Below, one piece after another: positions 36,559 through 47,096 of a DNA stretch of 64,000 bases (position 1 is the stretch's first letter; each line of letters opens with the position of its first letter). The position numbers and the translations under genes are program-made. The notes beneath the pieces were generated by a model. That model was not told where the DNA came from and ran no database searches. It was given only the letters and a program-made list of their open reading frames with translations. Source of the DNA: an uncultured Gemmatimonadales bacterium (GTDB lineage Bacteria; Gemmatimonadota; Gemmatimonadetes; Gemmatimonadales; Gemmatimonadaceae); NCBI GenBank assembly GCA_963701965.1, contig OY969695.1:3520001-3584000 (forward strand), read 5' to 3'.

Positions 36559-39500
36559 CCCCGGCGGGTGCCGGGGCCAGGGCAGGCGACGGGGCGCGGC
36601 GACGGAAGACACCTTCCTCGCTCGCCCGTCGCACAATGACGAACAACGTGGGGATGAACACGACGCCAAAGAGCGTCTCCAACAGCATACCAAAGCACAC
36701 GCCGGTGCCGAGCGAATGCCGGCTTCCAGCGCCGGCGCCGGTGGCGAACAACAGCGGTGTGACGCCGAGAATGAAGGCGAACGACGTCATGAGAATCGGC
36801 CGGAGCCGTTCGCGACCGGCCTCGATCGCCGCTTCCTTGATCGAGCGGCCCGCTTCGCGGAGCTCGCGGGCAAACTCCACGATCAGAATGGCGTTCTTCG
36901 CTTCCAGTCCGATGACGACAATGAGGCCGATACGGAAGTAGATGTCGTTCGGCATCGTGCGCAGGAACACCGCGAGGAACGCGCCGAACACGCCAAACGG
37001 CACGCCCAACATGACCGCGAGTGGCGTCGACCAACTCTCGTATTGGGCGGCGAGGACCAAGAACGCCATTGCCACGCCGAGCCCCAGGACCAACACGATG
37101 CTGCGGCCGGCCAGCGTTTCCTGATACGACTGGCCGCTGAACGCGAAGCCCAAGCCCTTCGACTCGTATTTTTCGCGCGCCAGATTGGACACGGCTTGCA
37201 GCATCTCTCCCGAGCTCTTGCCTTCGGCCGGCGAGCCCAGCACCAGTGCCGATGTAAACCCGTTGAATCGATTCAGCACCGTCGGCCCGGCCCGGAAACT
37301 CGTACGGGCCAGCGCCGAGATCGGTACCATCTGTCCCGAGGCGGCGCGCACATAGAGCTTGCCGATATCCTCCGGCGTCTCGCGGTACTGCTGCTGCGCC
37401 TCGAGCTGCACGCGATACGTCTTCCCGTACAAGTTGAAATCGTTCACGTAGTACGTGGACAGCATGGACGACAGCGTCGTGAACACGTCGCCCATCGGGA
37501 TGCCCAGCGATTTGACGCGCGTGCGGTCCACGTCGACGTACAGTTGCGGCACGTCCACGCGCATGGTGCTCTGCACCCCCTTGAGCATCGGACGCCCACG
37601 GCGGTCCTTGAGTCCGTTCGCGTCGGCCGTGAACTGCTGAACGAGGCTGGCGAACTTCCGGACGTCGTTCACGCTCCGGTCCTGCAGCTGCATCTCGAGG
37701 CCGGCGCTCGTGCCCAGGCCCGGGATCTCCGGCGCGTTGAAGCCGAAAATCAGCGCTTCCTTGATGCCGAAGAACCGGAAGTTGGCGCGTTGCACGACGG
37801 AGTCGACGACCGAGCCGCGTTTCTTGCGCTCATCCCACGGCTTCATGACGGCGAACAGCGTGCCCGAGCTCGTCTGGTTCGTGCCGAGAATGAGGCTGAA
37901 CCCGGTGAGCGAAAAGACGTGGTCGACCTCCGGCTGCTTGAGCAGATATTGCTCGACCTCGCTCAGTGCCGCGCTGGTGCGCTGCGCCGACGCGCCGCCC
38001 GGAAGCTCGACGGCGACGATGAAGTAGCCTTTGTCCTCGGTCGGCAGGAAGCCGGTGGGGACCGTTCGCCCGAGCTCCACGACGCCGAACACGATCAACG
38101 CCACCAGGCCGAGGACAGGGATGGGATGGGCGACGATTTTCTCCATCGTGCCCACGTACCAGTGCCGGAACTCATCGAAGCGCCGGTTGAACCACCCGAA
38201 GAAGCCGGTCGTCGCCGGGGCGTCCGACCCTTCCTTGAGCAGGATGGCGCACAGCGCGGGCGTCAGCGTGAGCGCGACCAGGCCCGAGATGATGATCGCG
38301 ATACAGATCGTGATCGCGAACTGCTTGAAGAGCTGCCCCGTGATGCCGCTCAGAAAGGCGACGGGGACGAAGACCGACACCAGCACGAGCACGATCGCGA
38401 TCAGCGCGCCGGCCAGCTGGCGGATGCCCTTGTCGGCCGCCACGCGGGCCGAGACGTGCTCGTCGGCCATGATGCGTTCGACGTTCTCGATGACGACCAT
38501 GGCGTCGTCGACCACCACGCCGATCGCCAGGACCAGCGCGAACAACGTCAGCAGGTTGATCGACATCCCGAGCAGGGACAGACCCAGGAACGTGCCGATG
38601 ATCGAGACGGGCACCGCGATCAACGGGATGAGGGTCGACCGCCATTTCTGGAGAAAGATGAACACGACCAGCGTGACCAGCAGCATGGCGACGACGAGCG
38701 TGCTCACGACCTCCTTGATCGAGGCCGTGATGAACGGCGTGGTGTCGTAGCCCAGGACATAGTGAACGCCGGGCGGGAAATTCCGCTTCAGCTCTTCCAT
38801 GCGCTGGATGACGGCAGTCTTGACGCGGAGCGCGTTGGCGCCGTTCCGCAGATAGATGAGCATGCCGCCGACCGGCTGCCCATTGTAGCGACTGAAGTTG
38901 TCGTAGCTCTGGGAGCCGAGTTTCACCTTCGCCAGATCGCCGACGCGGAGCACCGATCCGTCGGGTCGGGCGCGGACCACGATATTGGCGAACTCCTCGG
39001 GCGTGCTGAGCCGGCCAATGGCGGTGACCGGAATCGTGAACTGATTGCCCGGCGGCGCCGGCTCCCGTCCGATGCGCCCCGAGGGATTGGTGGTGTTCTG
39101 CTCCTGGATGGCGGCGATGACGTCGGACACGGTGACGTTCATCTGGGCCATCTTCTGCGGGTCGAGACTCGTCAGCATCGAGAACTGCAGGTTGCCGAAC
39201 GTCAGGGCTTGGCCGACGCCTGGTACCCGGCTGATCTCATCCTGCACGTAGATGCGCGAATAGTTGCTGAGCGCCGCGGCATCCCAGCTGGGATCATCCG
39301 ACGTGAATCCGAAGGCCAGCAGAATATCGGTCTGCGCTTTCTGCACCGTGACGCCGATGCGCTGCACGTCCTGCGGGAGCAACGGCTTGGCGATTTCCAC
39401 GTAGTTCTGGACGTCGACGGCCGCCAGATCTTCATTGCGCGAGATGTCGAAGTAGCAGCGGATGCTGAGCGAGCCATCGCTGGCCGTCGACGTCTGGTAG

Positions 39501-39766
39501 TACAGCAAGCCGTCCAGCAATGCCAGCTGCTGCTCGATCGGCGCCGCCACCGCTGTCGACACTTCCTCCGCGCTCGCGCCCAGGTACTGGGTCGTGATCT
39601 GCACCGTCGGCGGCGTAATGCGGGGGTAGGTGTTGATGGGCAGACTGCTGACCGCCGCCAGGCCGAGGAGCACGATCACGATGGAGATGACCATCGCGAA
39701 AATCGGCCGTTGGACGAAGAAATAGTGCAGGTCGCCCTCGCGGGCGGGTTTGGTCGGAGTGGTCAT
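36551..39766 (-). CDS. RND efflux transporter (AcrB/MexB, HAE1)
   Basis: FFVQRPIFA, VVDDAMVVIENVER, KNAILIVEFA, RLRPILMTS. Confidence 0.96.
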   Translation of the reverse strand: MTTPTKPAREGDLHYFFVQRPIFAMVISIVIVLLGLAAVSSLPINTYPRITPPTVQITTQYLGASAEEVSTAVAAPIEQQLALLDGLLYYQTSTASDGSLSIRCYFDISRNEDLAAVDVQNYVEIAKPLLPQDVQRIGVTVQKAQTDILLAFGFTSDDPSWDAAALSNYSRIYVQDEISRVPGVGQALTFGNLQFSMLTSLDPQKMAQMNVTVSDVIAAIQEQNTTNPSGRIGREPAPPGNQFTIPVTAIGRLSTPEEFANIVVRARPDGSVLRVGDLAKVKLGSQSYDNFSRYNGQPVGGMLIYLRNGANALRVKTAVIQRMEELKRNFPPGVHYVLGYDTTPFITASIKEVVSTLVVAMLLVTLVVFIFLQKWRSTLIPLIAVPVSIIGTFLGLSLLGMSINLLTLFALVLAIGVVVDDAMVVIENVERIMADEHVSARVAADKGIRQLAGALIAIVLVLVSVFVPVAFLSGITGQLFKQFAITICIAIIISGLVALTLTPALCAILLKEGSDAPATTGFFGWFNRRFDEFRHWYVGTMEKIVAHPIPVLGLVALIVFGVVELGRTVPTGFLPTEDKGYFIVAVELPGGASAQRTSAALSEVEQYLLKQPEVDHVFSLTGFSLILGTNQTSSGTLFAVMKPWDERKKRGSVVDSVVQRANFRFFGIKEALIFGFNAPEIPGLGTSAGLEMQLQDRSVNDVRKFASLVQQFTADANGLKDRRGRPMLKGVQSTMRVDVPQLYVDVDRTRVKSLGIPMGDVFTTLSSMLSTYYVNDFNLYGKTYRVQLEAQQQYRETPEDIGKLYVRAASGQMVPISALARTSFRAGPTVLNRFNGFTSALVLGSPAEGKSSGEMLQAVSNLAREKYESKGLGFAFSGQSYQETLAGRSIVLVLGLGVAMAFLVLAAQYESWSTPLAVMLGVPFGVFGAFLAVFLRTMPNDIYFRIGLIVVIGLEAKNAILIVEFARELREAGRSIKEAAIEAGRERLRPILMTSFAFILGVTPLLFATGAGAGSRHSLGTGVCFGMLLETLFGVVFIPTLFVIVRRASEEGVFRRRAPSPALAPAPAGDD

Positions 39767-39777
39767 CGGCTACTCCC

Positions 39778-40996
39778 TCAGTTGCGCCGGTCGCGCACCA
39801 TCGGCACGGAGGGCGCCGCGATGGGATCGTCAGTGGGCACGCCGCTTGAATCGCGTGTCGCGACGTAGGCCACCGGGGTGACCGGCGCGCCGGGGAAGAA
39901 GATCTTCTGGGTGCCGTCGACGACGACGCGGTCGCCGGCTTTGAGGCCGCTGTTGATCACCCACTGCGAGCCTTGCCAGTTCGCCGCTTGGACGGGCCGG
40001 ATCGCGGTCTTGTTGCTGTCACCGACGACGAAGACGTACTGGCCGGTGATGCCCTGTTGCACGGCCCGCTGCGGCACGAGAATCGCCCCGAGGCGCTCGA
40101 AATCGAGCAGCGAGACGCGGACGAACTGGGCCGGCAGCATAATGTGTTGCGGGTTCGGGAAAGTCGCCCGCAGCGTCTGGGTCCCGGTCGATGAATTGAG
40201 CAATGTCGGCGAAGTTCACAATGCCGGGTTGCGGGAACACACTGCCGTCGCTCAATGCCACGCGCACGCGCAGCTTGCCATCGGGCAGCCGGAGCCGCTT
40301 TTCGGCCACCTCGCGCCGCCACTGCAGCACGTCCTGGTCCGAGGGGTTGAATCGCACGTACACGGGATCGACCTGGTCGAGCGACGTCAGGGAATCGCCC
40401 GGGCCGGTGACGCGCGAGCCCAGGACCATCCACGCAATGCCGACGCGCCCGGCCACCTGGGCGCGGACCTGCGTGTCATCGAGATCTTTCTTCGTCTTGT
40501 CGACGGTGCCCTGCGCCGCAATGACGTCGGCCGAGTCCTGGTGCACCTGCGCCTGGGCATTGTCGACGTCCTGTTGGGCGACCGCGCGTTCGGCGAGGAG
40601 CGGGACGTCGCGATTCAGCGTGATCTTGGCGTTCGCCAAGCGCGCGCGGGCATCTTCGAGCGTCCCGATCGCGTTGTCGTAGGCGGCTTTGTAGGTCGTC
40701 GGGTCGATCCGAAAGAGCAGGGCGCCCTGGGGGACATCCGTGCCCTCGACATACGGGCGCTCGACGATCACGCCGGTGACGTTCGCCCGCACGACAATGT
40801 GCTTCGACGCCTCGGCCTGGCCGACGTACTCGAAGTGGGCGGCCACGTCCTGCGGCGCGATGGTCATCACTGCTACCTGCGGCGGCGGCGGCGCGCCCTG
40901 TTGCGGGGCCGCGCGACAGCCGGCAAGAAGGCCGAGCGCACCGACAATACCCGCCGACCAGACGCGGGACCTGCGAAATGAGCCTGCTCCTTGCAC
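39778..40996 (-). CDS. RND membrane-fusion protein (AcrA-like; apparent frameshift near 40200)
   Basis: LAGC lipobox, VRANVTG, LFRIDP; C-terminal TGTQTLRATFPNP...GLKAGDRVVVDG lies in another frame. Confidence 0.9.
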
Positions 40997-41132
40997 ATCC
41001 CCCTCCGTTCAATTGCTTCAATCAATCGTTTAATCCCACGGTGGAATCCTGCCAGGGTCGTACGAGTTCCGCTAGCGGAGGTTTCGTTGTTGTTTCGGGA
41101 ACCCGAACCGAGCGGACTGTACTTTTCCGCTA

Positions 41133-42704
41133 ATGTCTGCGACGGCGCTCCCGATTCCTGCCGACCGGTACGCGAACAAATGGCTCATCGCATTTGCCGT
41201 GACACTCGGCGCCGTGATCGAGCTGATTGACACGAGTATCATTAACGTCGCGCTGCCGCACATCAGCGCGAACCTCGGCGCGACCATCGAAGAAGTGACC
41301 TGGGTGTCGGTCGGCTACATCCTCGCGGCCGTGATCGTGCTCCCGATGACCGGTTGGTTGTCCGCGTTCTTCGGCCGCACGCGTTACTACGTCGGCTCCA
41401 TCATCCTGTTTACCATCGCGAGCTTCCTGTGCGGCGCCTCGCGCTCGCTGGACATGCTGGTGCTGTGCCGGATCATCCAGGGGATCGGCGGTGGCGCGCT
41501 GATCGCGACGTCGCAGTCGATCCTCTACGAGAGCTTCCCGCCCGACGAGCAGACGCTGGCGGCCGCGATCTTCGGCATCGGCATGATGATCGGCCCGGCG
41601 ATCGGGCCCACCCTCGGCGGCATCATCGTCGACCGGTACGATTGGCCGTGGATTTTTTACATCAATATTCCCATCGGGTTCCTGGCGACCGTCATGATCC
41701 TGTCGTTCGTCCGGGATCCGGTGCACGAGCACAAGGCCGGGCGCTTCGACTTCGTCGGGTTTACGCTGTTGGCCGCCGGGTTGGGCTGCCTCCAGTTCGT
41801 GCTCGAGCGCGGGGAACATTACGACTGGTTCGAGTCCCCGCTCATTCGCTCGCTGACGGCGTTTGCCGTCATCATGCTGTCGGTGCTCATCTGGTGGGAG
41901 CTGACGACGGACCAGCCGATGATCAATCTCCGTCTGCTCCGCCATCGAAACCTGGCCGCGGGATGTCTGGCCATGGCGGCCGTCGGGCTCGCGTTGTACG
42001 GGAGCATCTTCGCCGTTCCGTTGTTCACCCAGAACCTGCTCGGCTACGACGCGGCCACGACCGGTTGGGTGCTGTTCCCCGGCGCCGTCGGCAGCGCGGT
42101 CGCAATGTTTGGCATCACGCGCATGCCCAAAACTATCGACCGGCGCTACATCACGGTCACGGGCGCCTGCATCCTCGTGGTCGCCATGTTCATGCACTCG
42201 CAGTGGACGACCCAGTCCGGGCGTCCGGATATGTTCTGGCCGATCGTCCTGCGCGGGGTGGGCGCCGGGATGATGTTCGTGCCCTTGGCCGCGTCCACCG
42301 TGGCGGGGCTCAAGGGACCGGACATGGCGCAAGGCAGCGCGATGTTCAACCTCGCGCGCCAACTGGGCGGCAGCTTTGGCCTGGCGTGGCTGGCGACGCA
42401 ACTGACCACCGCCACGGCCATTAACCGGGGGAACTTGGTGTCCCACGTCACCATGTTCAATCCCGAGACGCAGCGCCGGCTGACGATGCTCACGGCCGCC
42501 ATGCGCACCCATGTCGGCGACCCAGTGCTGGCGGCCCGGCAGGCACAGGCGATTCTGGATCGCATGGTGCAGGGTCAAGCGCTGATGCTGACGTACGATC
42601 AGCTCTTCCGGGTCGTGGGCATCGTCATCTTCTGCTGCCTGCCACTACTCGTGCTGCAGCGGCGGCCCGCGGGTCCCGTCGAGGTGCCGACCGACTTGCA
42701 TTGA
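41133..42704 (+). CDS. MFS DHA2 (EmrB/QacA) efflux transporter
   Basis: IDTSIINVALP, RIIQGIGGG, GPAIGPTLGG, WIFYINIPIG. Confidence 0.94.
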   Translation: MSATALPIPADRYANKWLIAFAVTLGAVIELIDTSIINVALPHISANLGATIEEVTWVSVGYILAAVIVLPMTGWLSAFFGRTRYYVGSIILFTIASFLCGASRSLDMLVLCRIIQGIGGGALIATSQSILYESFPPDEQTLAAAIFGIGMMIGPAIGPTLGGIIVDRYDWPWIFYINIPIGFLATVMILSFVRDPVHEHKAGRFDFVGFTLLAAGLGCLQFVLERGEHYDWFESPLIRSLTAFAVIMLSVLIWWELTTDQPMINLRLLRHRNLAAGCLAMAAVGLALYGSIFAVPLFTQNLLGYDAATTGWVLFPGAVGSAVAMFGITRMPKTIDRRYITVTGACILVVAMFMHSQWTTQSGRPDMFWPIVLRGVGAGMMFVPLAASTVAGLKGPDMAQGSAMFNLARQLGGSFGLAWLATQLTTATAINRGNLVSHVTMFNPETQRRLTMLTAAMRTHVGDPVLAARQAQAILDRMVQGQALMLTYDQLFRVVGIVIFCCLPLLVLQRRPAGPVEVPTDLH

Positions 42705-42732
42705 GCGGCGGCGGGGGAAACATTAGGCAGTC

Positions 42733-44076
42733 ATGCGGAGCCCAAGGATCGGGGGACCCGAGCCGGAGCCGGTCCAGACGGCGGTCGAGCATTTCGCCTT
42801 CTTCGAGGCGATGGCCGAGCTGGTGGAGCAGATCGAGCGCGACGGGTATCGCGCCGAGGATGCCGAGCACATGCAGCCGTACCTCGAGCTGCTCGCGGGT
42901 TTGCTCACCATGCGGCTGGTCGATCGCTGGGTCACCGGGGTCACGGGGGGATCGCCCCCGACGCTGCGTGAGCTGCAAAGCGCCCGAAAGGCCGTCCGGG
43001 ACGTCAATGCCGGCCCGATCCGTACCGCGCTGGGTGGGGTGCTGCGGGCCCTGACGGATTCGTGGGGCGCCCCATCCCGCCACGTTGGCGCCCACGCCTT
43101 CGCCTACGGGCAACTGTTGGAGGACCAACTCGCCGTGGGCATGGCCGCTGACGTTCAGCGATCGGTCATCGCCTGCGCCCAGGCGTCGGGCGATGAGGAG
43201 CTGCTGCCCAAGGTGTATCTGAGCCTGGGGAACAGCTATCGCATCGAGGGGCGCCTGTCGGAGGCCGAGCGCGCGTTTGGCCGGGCCGGCGCCACCGCCA
43301 ATCTCGTGCGGGACGATTACTCCGCGCTCTTGAGCCGGCACGGGCTCGCCTACGTCGTGTGGCAACGCGGAAATCTCCCGCGCGCTGGGGCGATGCTCGA
43401 CGCGCTCGTCCAGGACATCGAGGCTCTGATGCCGCGCGCGCCCGCGCTCCGGGACGTCTGGTGCAAGGCCAAGCATGACCGGGGTAACATCATGATCGTG
43501 AGGGGCGACTTCACGCGCGGGATCGCCGACGTGAGCAATGTGTTGGATGTCACGACCGATCCCAACATCCGCGGGCGCCTGCTGAATGATCTCGGGTATG
43601 CCTTCTTGATGATTGGCTGTCGGGGCGCGGCGCGCAATGCGTATCAGCTCACACTCGCGACCACGACGGAGCGCATGATTCAGGTCGTCGTTCGCATGAA
43701 CCTCATGGATATGGCCCGCGAGGATGGGGAAGAGACGGTGTTCGAACGCTGGCGGCGCGAGCTCGCCAGCGAGTCGCTCCCTCCGCACCGGGAGACGCAG
43801 TTCCTCGTGAATACGGCCGAGGGTCTGTACCGCTTTGGGCGGCGCGATGCCGCGCGCGACGCGATCGTGCGGGCCCTCGTGCTCGCCGAGCGTCACCAGT
43901 ACAACGAGTACCTGATCAAGGCGGAAGCCTTGCAGGCCGAGATCGAGGGCGGCCCGTGGACCCCCGGGACCGGTGCCCCAGCCACCGATGCCCGCCCTGC
44001 GTCCCCAGCGGTCGCCAAAGTCGTCGATCGCCTCCGCCTGATGCGTCAGTGCACGACCATGACCCCGTGCATGTAG
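42733..44076 (+). CDS. Hypothetical all-helical TPR-like protein
   Basis: Repeated helical units (LGNSYRIEG.LSEA, LLNDLGYAF); paralogous to 47586-48231. Confidence 0.7.
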   Translation: MRSPRIGGPEPEPVQTAVEHFAFFEAMAELVEQIERDGYRAEDAEHMQPYLELLAGLLTMRLVDRWVTGVTGGSPPTLRELQSARKAVRDVNAGPIRTALGGVLRALTDSWGAPSRHVGAHAFAYGQLLEDQLAVGMAADVQRSVIACAQASGDEELLPKVYLSLGNSYRIEGRLSEAERAFGRAGATANLVRDDYSALLSRHGLAYVVWQRGNLPRAGAMLDALVQDIEALMPRAPALRDVWCKAKHDRGNIMIVRGDFTRGIADVSNVLDVTTDPNIRGRLLNDLGYAFLMIGCRGAARNAYQLTLATTTERMIQVVVRMNLMDMAREDGEETVFERWRRELASESLPPHRETQFLVNTAEGLYRFGRRDAARDAIVRALVLAERHQYNEYLIKAEALQAEIEGGPWTPGTGAPATDARPASPAVAKVVDRLRLMRQCTTMTPCM

Positions 44077-44462
44077 GGGTGAATCCCGCAATGGTAGGCG
44101 AATGACCCCGCCGTCGGCGCGGTCACGGCGATCAATGTGTTCGATTCCCCCCCGCTGGTGCCGACCGTGTCCGCAGTGCCGGGGTGGGTGGGGCTATCCC
44201 AGACGATCTCGTGCTTCACATCCTCGTACCTGAACGTCACGCTGGACCCGACGGCGACGGAGTCGGGCGTCGGCGTGAAGTAATAGTTGCAGCTCGGCGT
44301 GCTGCCGTACGCGCCGCCGCCGCCGGAGCAGACCGAACTGCCGACCGCCGTGATCGTTAAGCTGCTGCCGGACACCGGTCCGCCGTTCGGAGATGTGCTC
44401 GATCCACAAGCCCCGGCGACGACGGCCCCGGCGCCCATGGCTAGCGCGTACAGTTTTCTCAT
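44046..44462 (-). CDS. Cupredoxin (plastocyanin-like) lipoprotein
   Basis: AGAC lipobox; type-1 Cu ligands H(EIVWD) and YHCGIHPYM. Confidence 0.82.
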   Translation of the reverse strand: MRKLYALAMGAGAVVAGACGSSTSPNGGPVSGSSLTITAVGSSVCSGGGGAYGSTPSCNYYFTPTPDSVAVGSSVTFRYEDVKHEIVWDSPTHPGTADTVGTSGGESNTLIAVTAPTAGSFAYHCGIHPYMHGVMVVH

Positions 44463-44582
44463 GATGTTCCTCCGGAAAGTGAAAATGGCCCCGGCTAGAA
44501 CGTAGACCCTCTCCGGCAACCCCCGGTGGGTTCTGGGGTGAGCATCTACTGCGATGTGGCGGAGAGCTATTATCCTCAGGCC

Positions 44583-46211
44583 ATGAAAACTGAAAGCCGC
44601 CGCTCGTTCGTTCTCTCCGGTCTGGCCACCGGAGCCGTGGCGCTGACCGGTCTCCCGCGGTTGCCCGATCGACGCAATGTGCCGGCCGAACAGGACTTCG
44701 CCCTCGCCGAGGCGACCGTGGCCCAGCTGCAAGAGGGCATGCAGTCCGGCCGTCTGACCGCGCGCAGTATCGCCGAGCAGTACTTGGCGCGCATGGACCA
44801 GGTCGACCGCCAGGGGCCGGCGATTGGCGCGGTGATCGAGCGGAATCCCGACGCCCTCAGGATCGCCGACGCGCTCGACGCCGAGCGCAAGGCCAAGGGC
44901 CCGCGCGGTCCGCTGCATGGGATCCCGGTGTTGATCAAGGACAACGTCAGCACCGCCGACCGCATGCAGACCACGGCCGGCTCGCTGGCGCTCGTCGGCA
45001 GCATGGTGCCGCGCGATGCCTTCATCGTCGCGCGGCTCCGCGCCGCGGGCGCGGTCATCCTGGGGAAGACGAACCTGAGCGAGTGGGCCAATTTCCGGTC
45101 CAGTCACTCCACTAGTGGATGGAGCGGCCGCGGCGGCCAGACGCGCAACCCCTACGCGCTCGACCGGACGCCGTCCGGCTCCAGCTCGGGCTCCGCCGCC
45201 GCGGCGGCGGCGAACCTGGCGGCTCTCACCATCGGGACCGAGACCGACGGGTCGATCCTGTCTCCGTCGTCCTGCAACTCATGCGTCGGTATCAAACCGA
45301 CCATTGGTCTCGTCAGCCGCGCCGGTATCGTGCCCATCTCCCACAACCAGGACACGGCCGGCCCGATCGTCCGGACCGTCCGCGATGCCGCGGTGCTGCT
45401 CACCGTGCTGGCGGGCATTGATCCGCGCGACAAGGCGACGGCGGCGAGTCGCGGCAAGGCGTCGCCCGACTACACGGCGTTCTTGAGCGAGACCGGCCTG
45501 CGCGGGAAGCGCATTGGGATCGCCCGATCGCATTTTTTTGGTTACAGCTACGTTACCGACGCGATCGTCAACGGGGCCATCGACGCCATGAAGCAGTTGG
45601 GCGCCGAGATCGTCGATCCCGCGGACATCGTGACCGCGGGCAAGTACGACGACGACGAGCAGGAAGTGCTGCTGTACGATTTCAAGGCCGATCTCAATGC
45701 GTACCTCGCCGAGCTGGGCGCCGGCGCTCCGGTGCGCACCCTGGCCGACATCATCGCGTTCAACACGGCGCACCAGGACGCCGAGATGCCGTACTTCCGC
45801 CAGGAGCTGATGGTGCAGGCCCAGGCCAAAGGGCCGTTGACGAGCCCCAAATACGTGGCGGCGTTGGCCCGCTGTCATCAATTGGCCCGCGCCGAAGGCA
45901 TCGACCATACGATGACCCTCCACAAGCTCGATGCCATCGTCGCGCCGACCGGCGGGCCGCCGTCAATGATCGATCTCGTGGATGGCGACGGCGGGGGCGG
46001 CGGGAGCAGCACCACGCCGACCGCGGTCGCGGGTTATCCGGCGGTCACGGTTCCCGCCGGCTACGCCTTCGGGTTGCCCGTGGGTGTCTCCTTCATGGGA
46101 CGGCCATTTTCCGAGGGGAAGCTCTTAGCGATGGCCTACGCCTTCGAACAGGCGACCAAAGTCCGACGTCCGCCGGAATTCCGGCCAACGGTTGTGTTGA
46201 CGCAAACGTAG
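44583..46211 (+). CDS. Tat-exported amidase (amidase-signature family)
   Basis: SRRSF Tat motif; LHGIPVLIKDN, GKTNLSEW, GSSSGS, GTETDGSI. Confidence 0.94.
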   Translation: MKTESRRSFVLSGLATGAVALTGLPRLPDRRNVPAEQDFALAEATVAQLQEGMQSGRLTARSIAEQYLARMDQVDRQGPAIGAVIERNPDALRIADALDAERKAKGPRGPLHGIPVLIKDNVSTADRMQTTAGSLALVGSMVPRDAFIVARLRAAGAVILGKTNLSEWANFRSSHSTSGWSGRGGQTRNPYALDRTPSGSSSGSAAAAAANLAALTIGTETDGSILSPSSCNSCVGIKPTIGLVSRAGIVPISHNQDTAGPIVRTVRDAAVLLTVLAGIDPRDKATAASRGKASPDYTAFLSETGLRGKRIGIARSHFFGYSYVTDAIVNGAIDAMKQLGAEIVDPADIVTAGKYDDDEQEVLLYDFKADLNAYLAELGAGAPVRTLADIIAFNTAHQDAEMPYFRQELMVQAQAKGPLTSPKYVAALARCHQLARAEGIDHTMTLHKLDAIVAPTGGPPSMIDLVDGDGGGGGSSTTPTAVAGYPAVTVPAGYAFGLPVGVSFMGRPFSEGKLLAMAYAFEQATKVRRPPEFRPTVVLTQT

Positions 46212-46244
46212 CCCTGGCACGACGACTGCAGCAGGGAGTCTTTC

Positions 46245-47096
46245 GTGCTGATCGCTGATCGTCTCTCAGAGTCCGAGTGGAGCGCACGGGTCGGTGCGCT
46301 CCTCGGTGACGAAACACAATATCCCGAGGTCGAGGGGGCTTTTCCCTCCTCGACTTCCGCTTGGCCCATCCCCCGGGAACTGGGCCGGGTCCTGGCCCGC
46401 CTCGTGGTGCAGCTCGATCGGCGCAATGTGTTGGAGTTCGGCGCGGGCGCATCATCAATGGTCTTTGCCCAGTCATTGACCCGCCTCGGGGGTGGGCGGC
46501 TGACATCTGTCGAAGAGGACCCCCGCTGGACCTCGGCCCAATGGGCGTTCGTCTCCAACATGCTGGGCGTCGATGCGCACCTGGTGTCGTCCCGCGTGGC
46601 GTTCCGGTTGCGCCGTGAGGGCATGTACCACGGGTATACCGCCGAGGCGGAGGCGGTGATCGCCCGCCGGGCGCCGTACTCGTTGGTATTGATCGATGCA
46701 CCGGATGGGTACATCGGCCGGGATGGCGCGCTGCATCTGGCGTTCCCCTACCTGGCGCCCGGCGCGCTCATCGTCGTCGACGACGCCAGGCGCCGAAAGG
46801 AGCGGGACACGATCGCGCGCTGGCGCGCGACGTACCCGGGACTCCTGCTGCTCGCCGACGATCCGGCCCTGGGCCATGGCACGGCCATCCTCGGCTATAC
46901 CGGGGATGCCACGCGGCTCGTGTCGCCCCGCGCCATGCTCTCGAGCGCCATTCGCGAAGCGTATGCGTCCGTGCGGACGCTGTTCGACCCGCTCCCGACA
47001 CCGCCCGGAACCCAGGTGGTCGACGGCGTACAACTGGGTCATGACGATCAGCACAGTCCGGCCTACCCCGCGCTTCGTCGAAGTCGCGACAACTGA
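46245..47096 (+). CDS. Class I SAM-dependent methyltransferase
   Basis: VLEFGAGASS, SVEED, VLIDAP, IVVDDA.R. Confidence 0.8.
   Translation: MLIADRLSESEWSARVGALLGDETQYPEVEGAFPSSTSAWPIPRELGRVLARLVVQLDRRNVLEFGAGASSMVFAQSLTRLGGGRLTSVEEDPRWTSAQWAFVSNMLGVDAHLVSSRVAFRLRREGMYHGYTAEAEAVIARRAPYSLVLIDAPDGYIGRDGALHLAFPYLAPGALIVVDDARRRKERDTIARWRATYPGLLLLADDPALGHGTAILGYTGDATRLVSPRAMLSSAIREAYASVRTLFDPLPTPPGTQVVDGVQLGHDDQHSPAYPALRRSRDN

Noticed and set aside
36509..39868. 1119-aa plus-strand ORF and other long antisense ORFs (e.g. 55507-57876, 16117-18309)
   Set aside because: They are shadows of well-supported opposite-strand genes, Arg/Ala/His-rich with no motifs, as expected at high GC.
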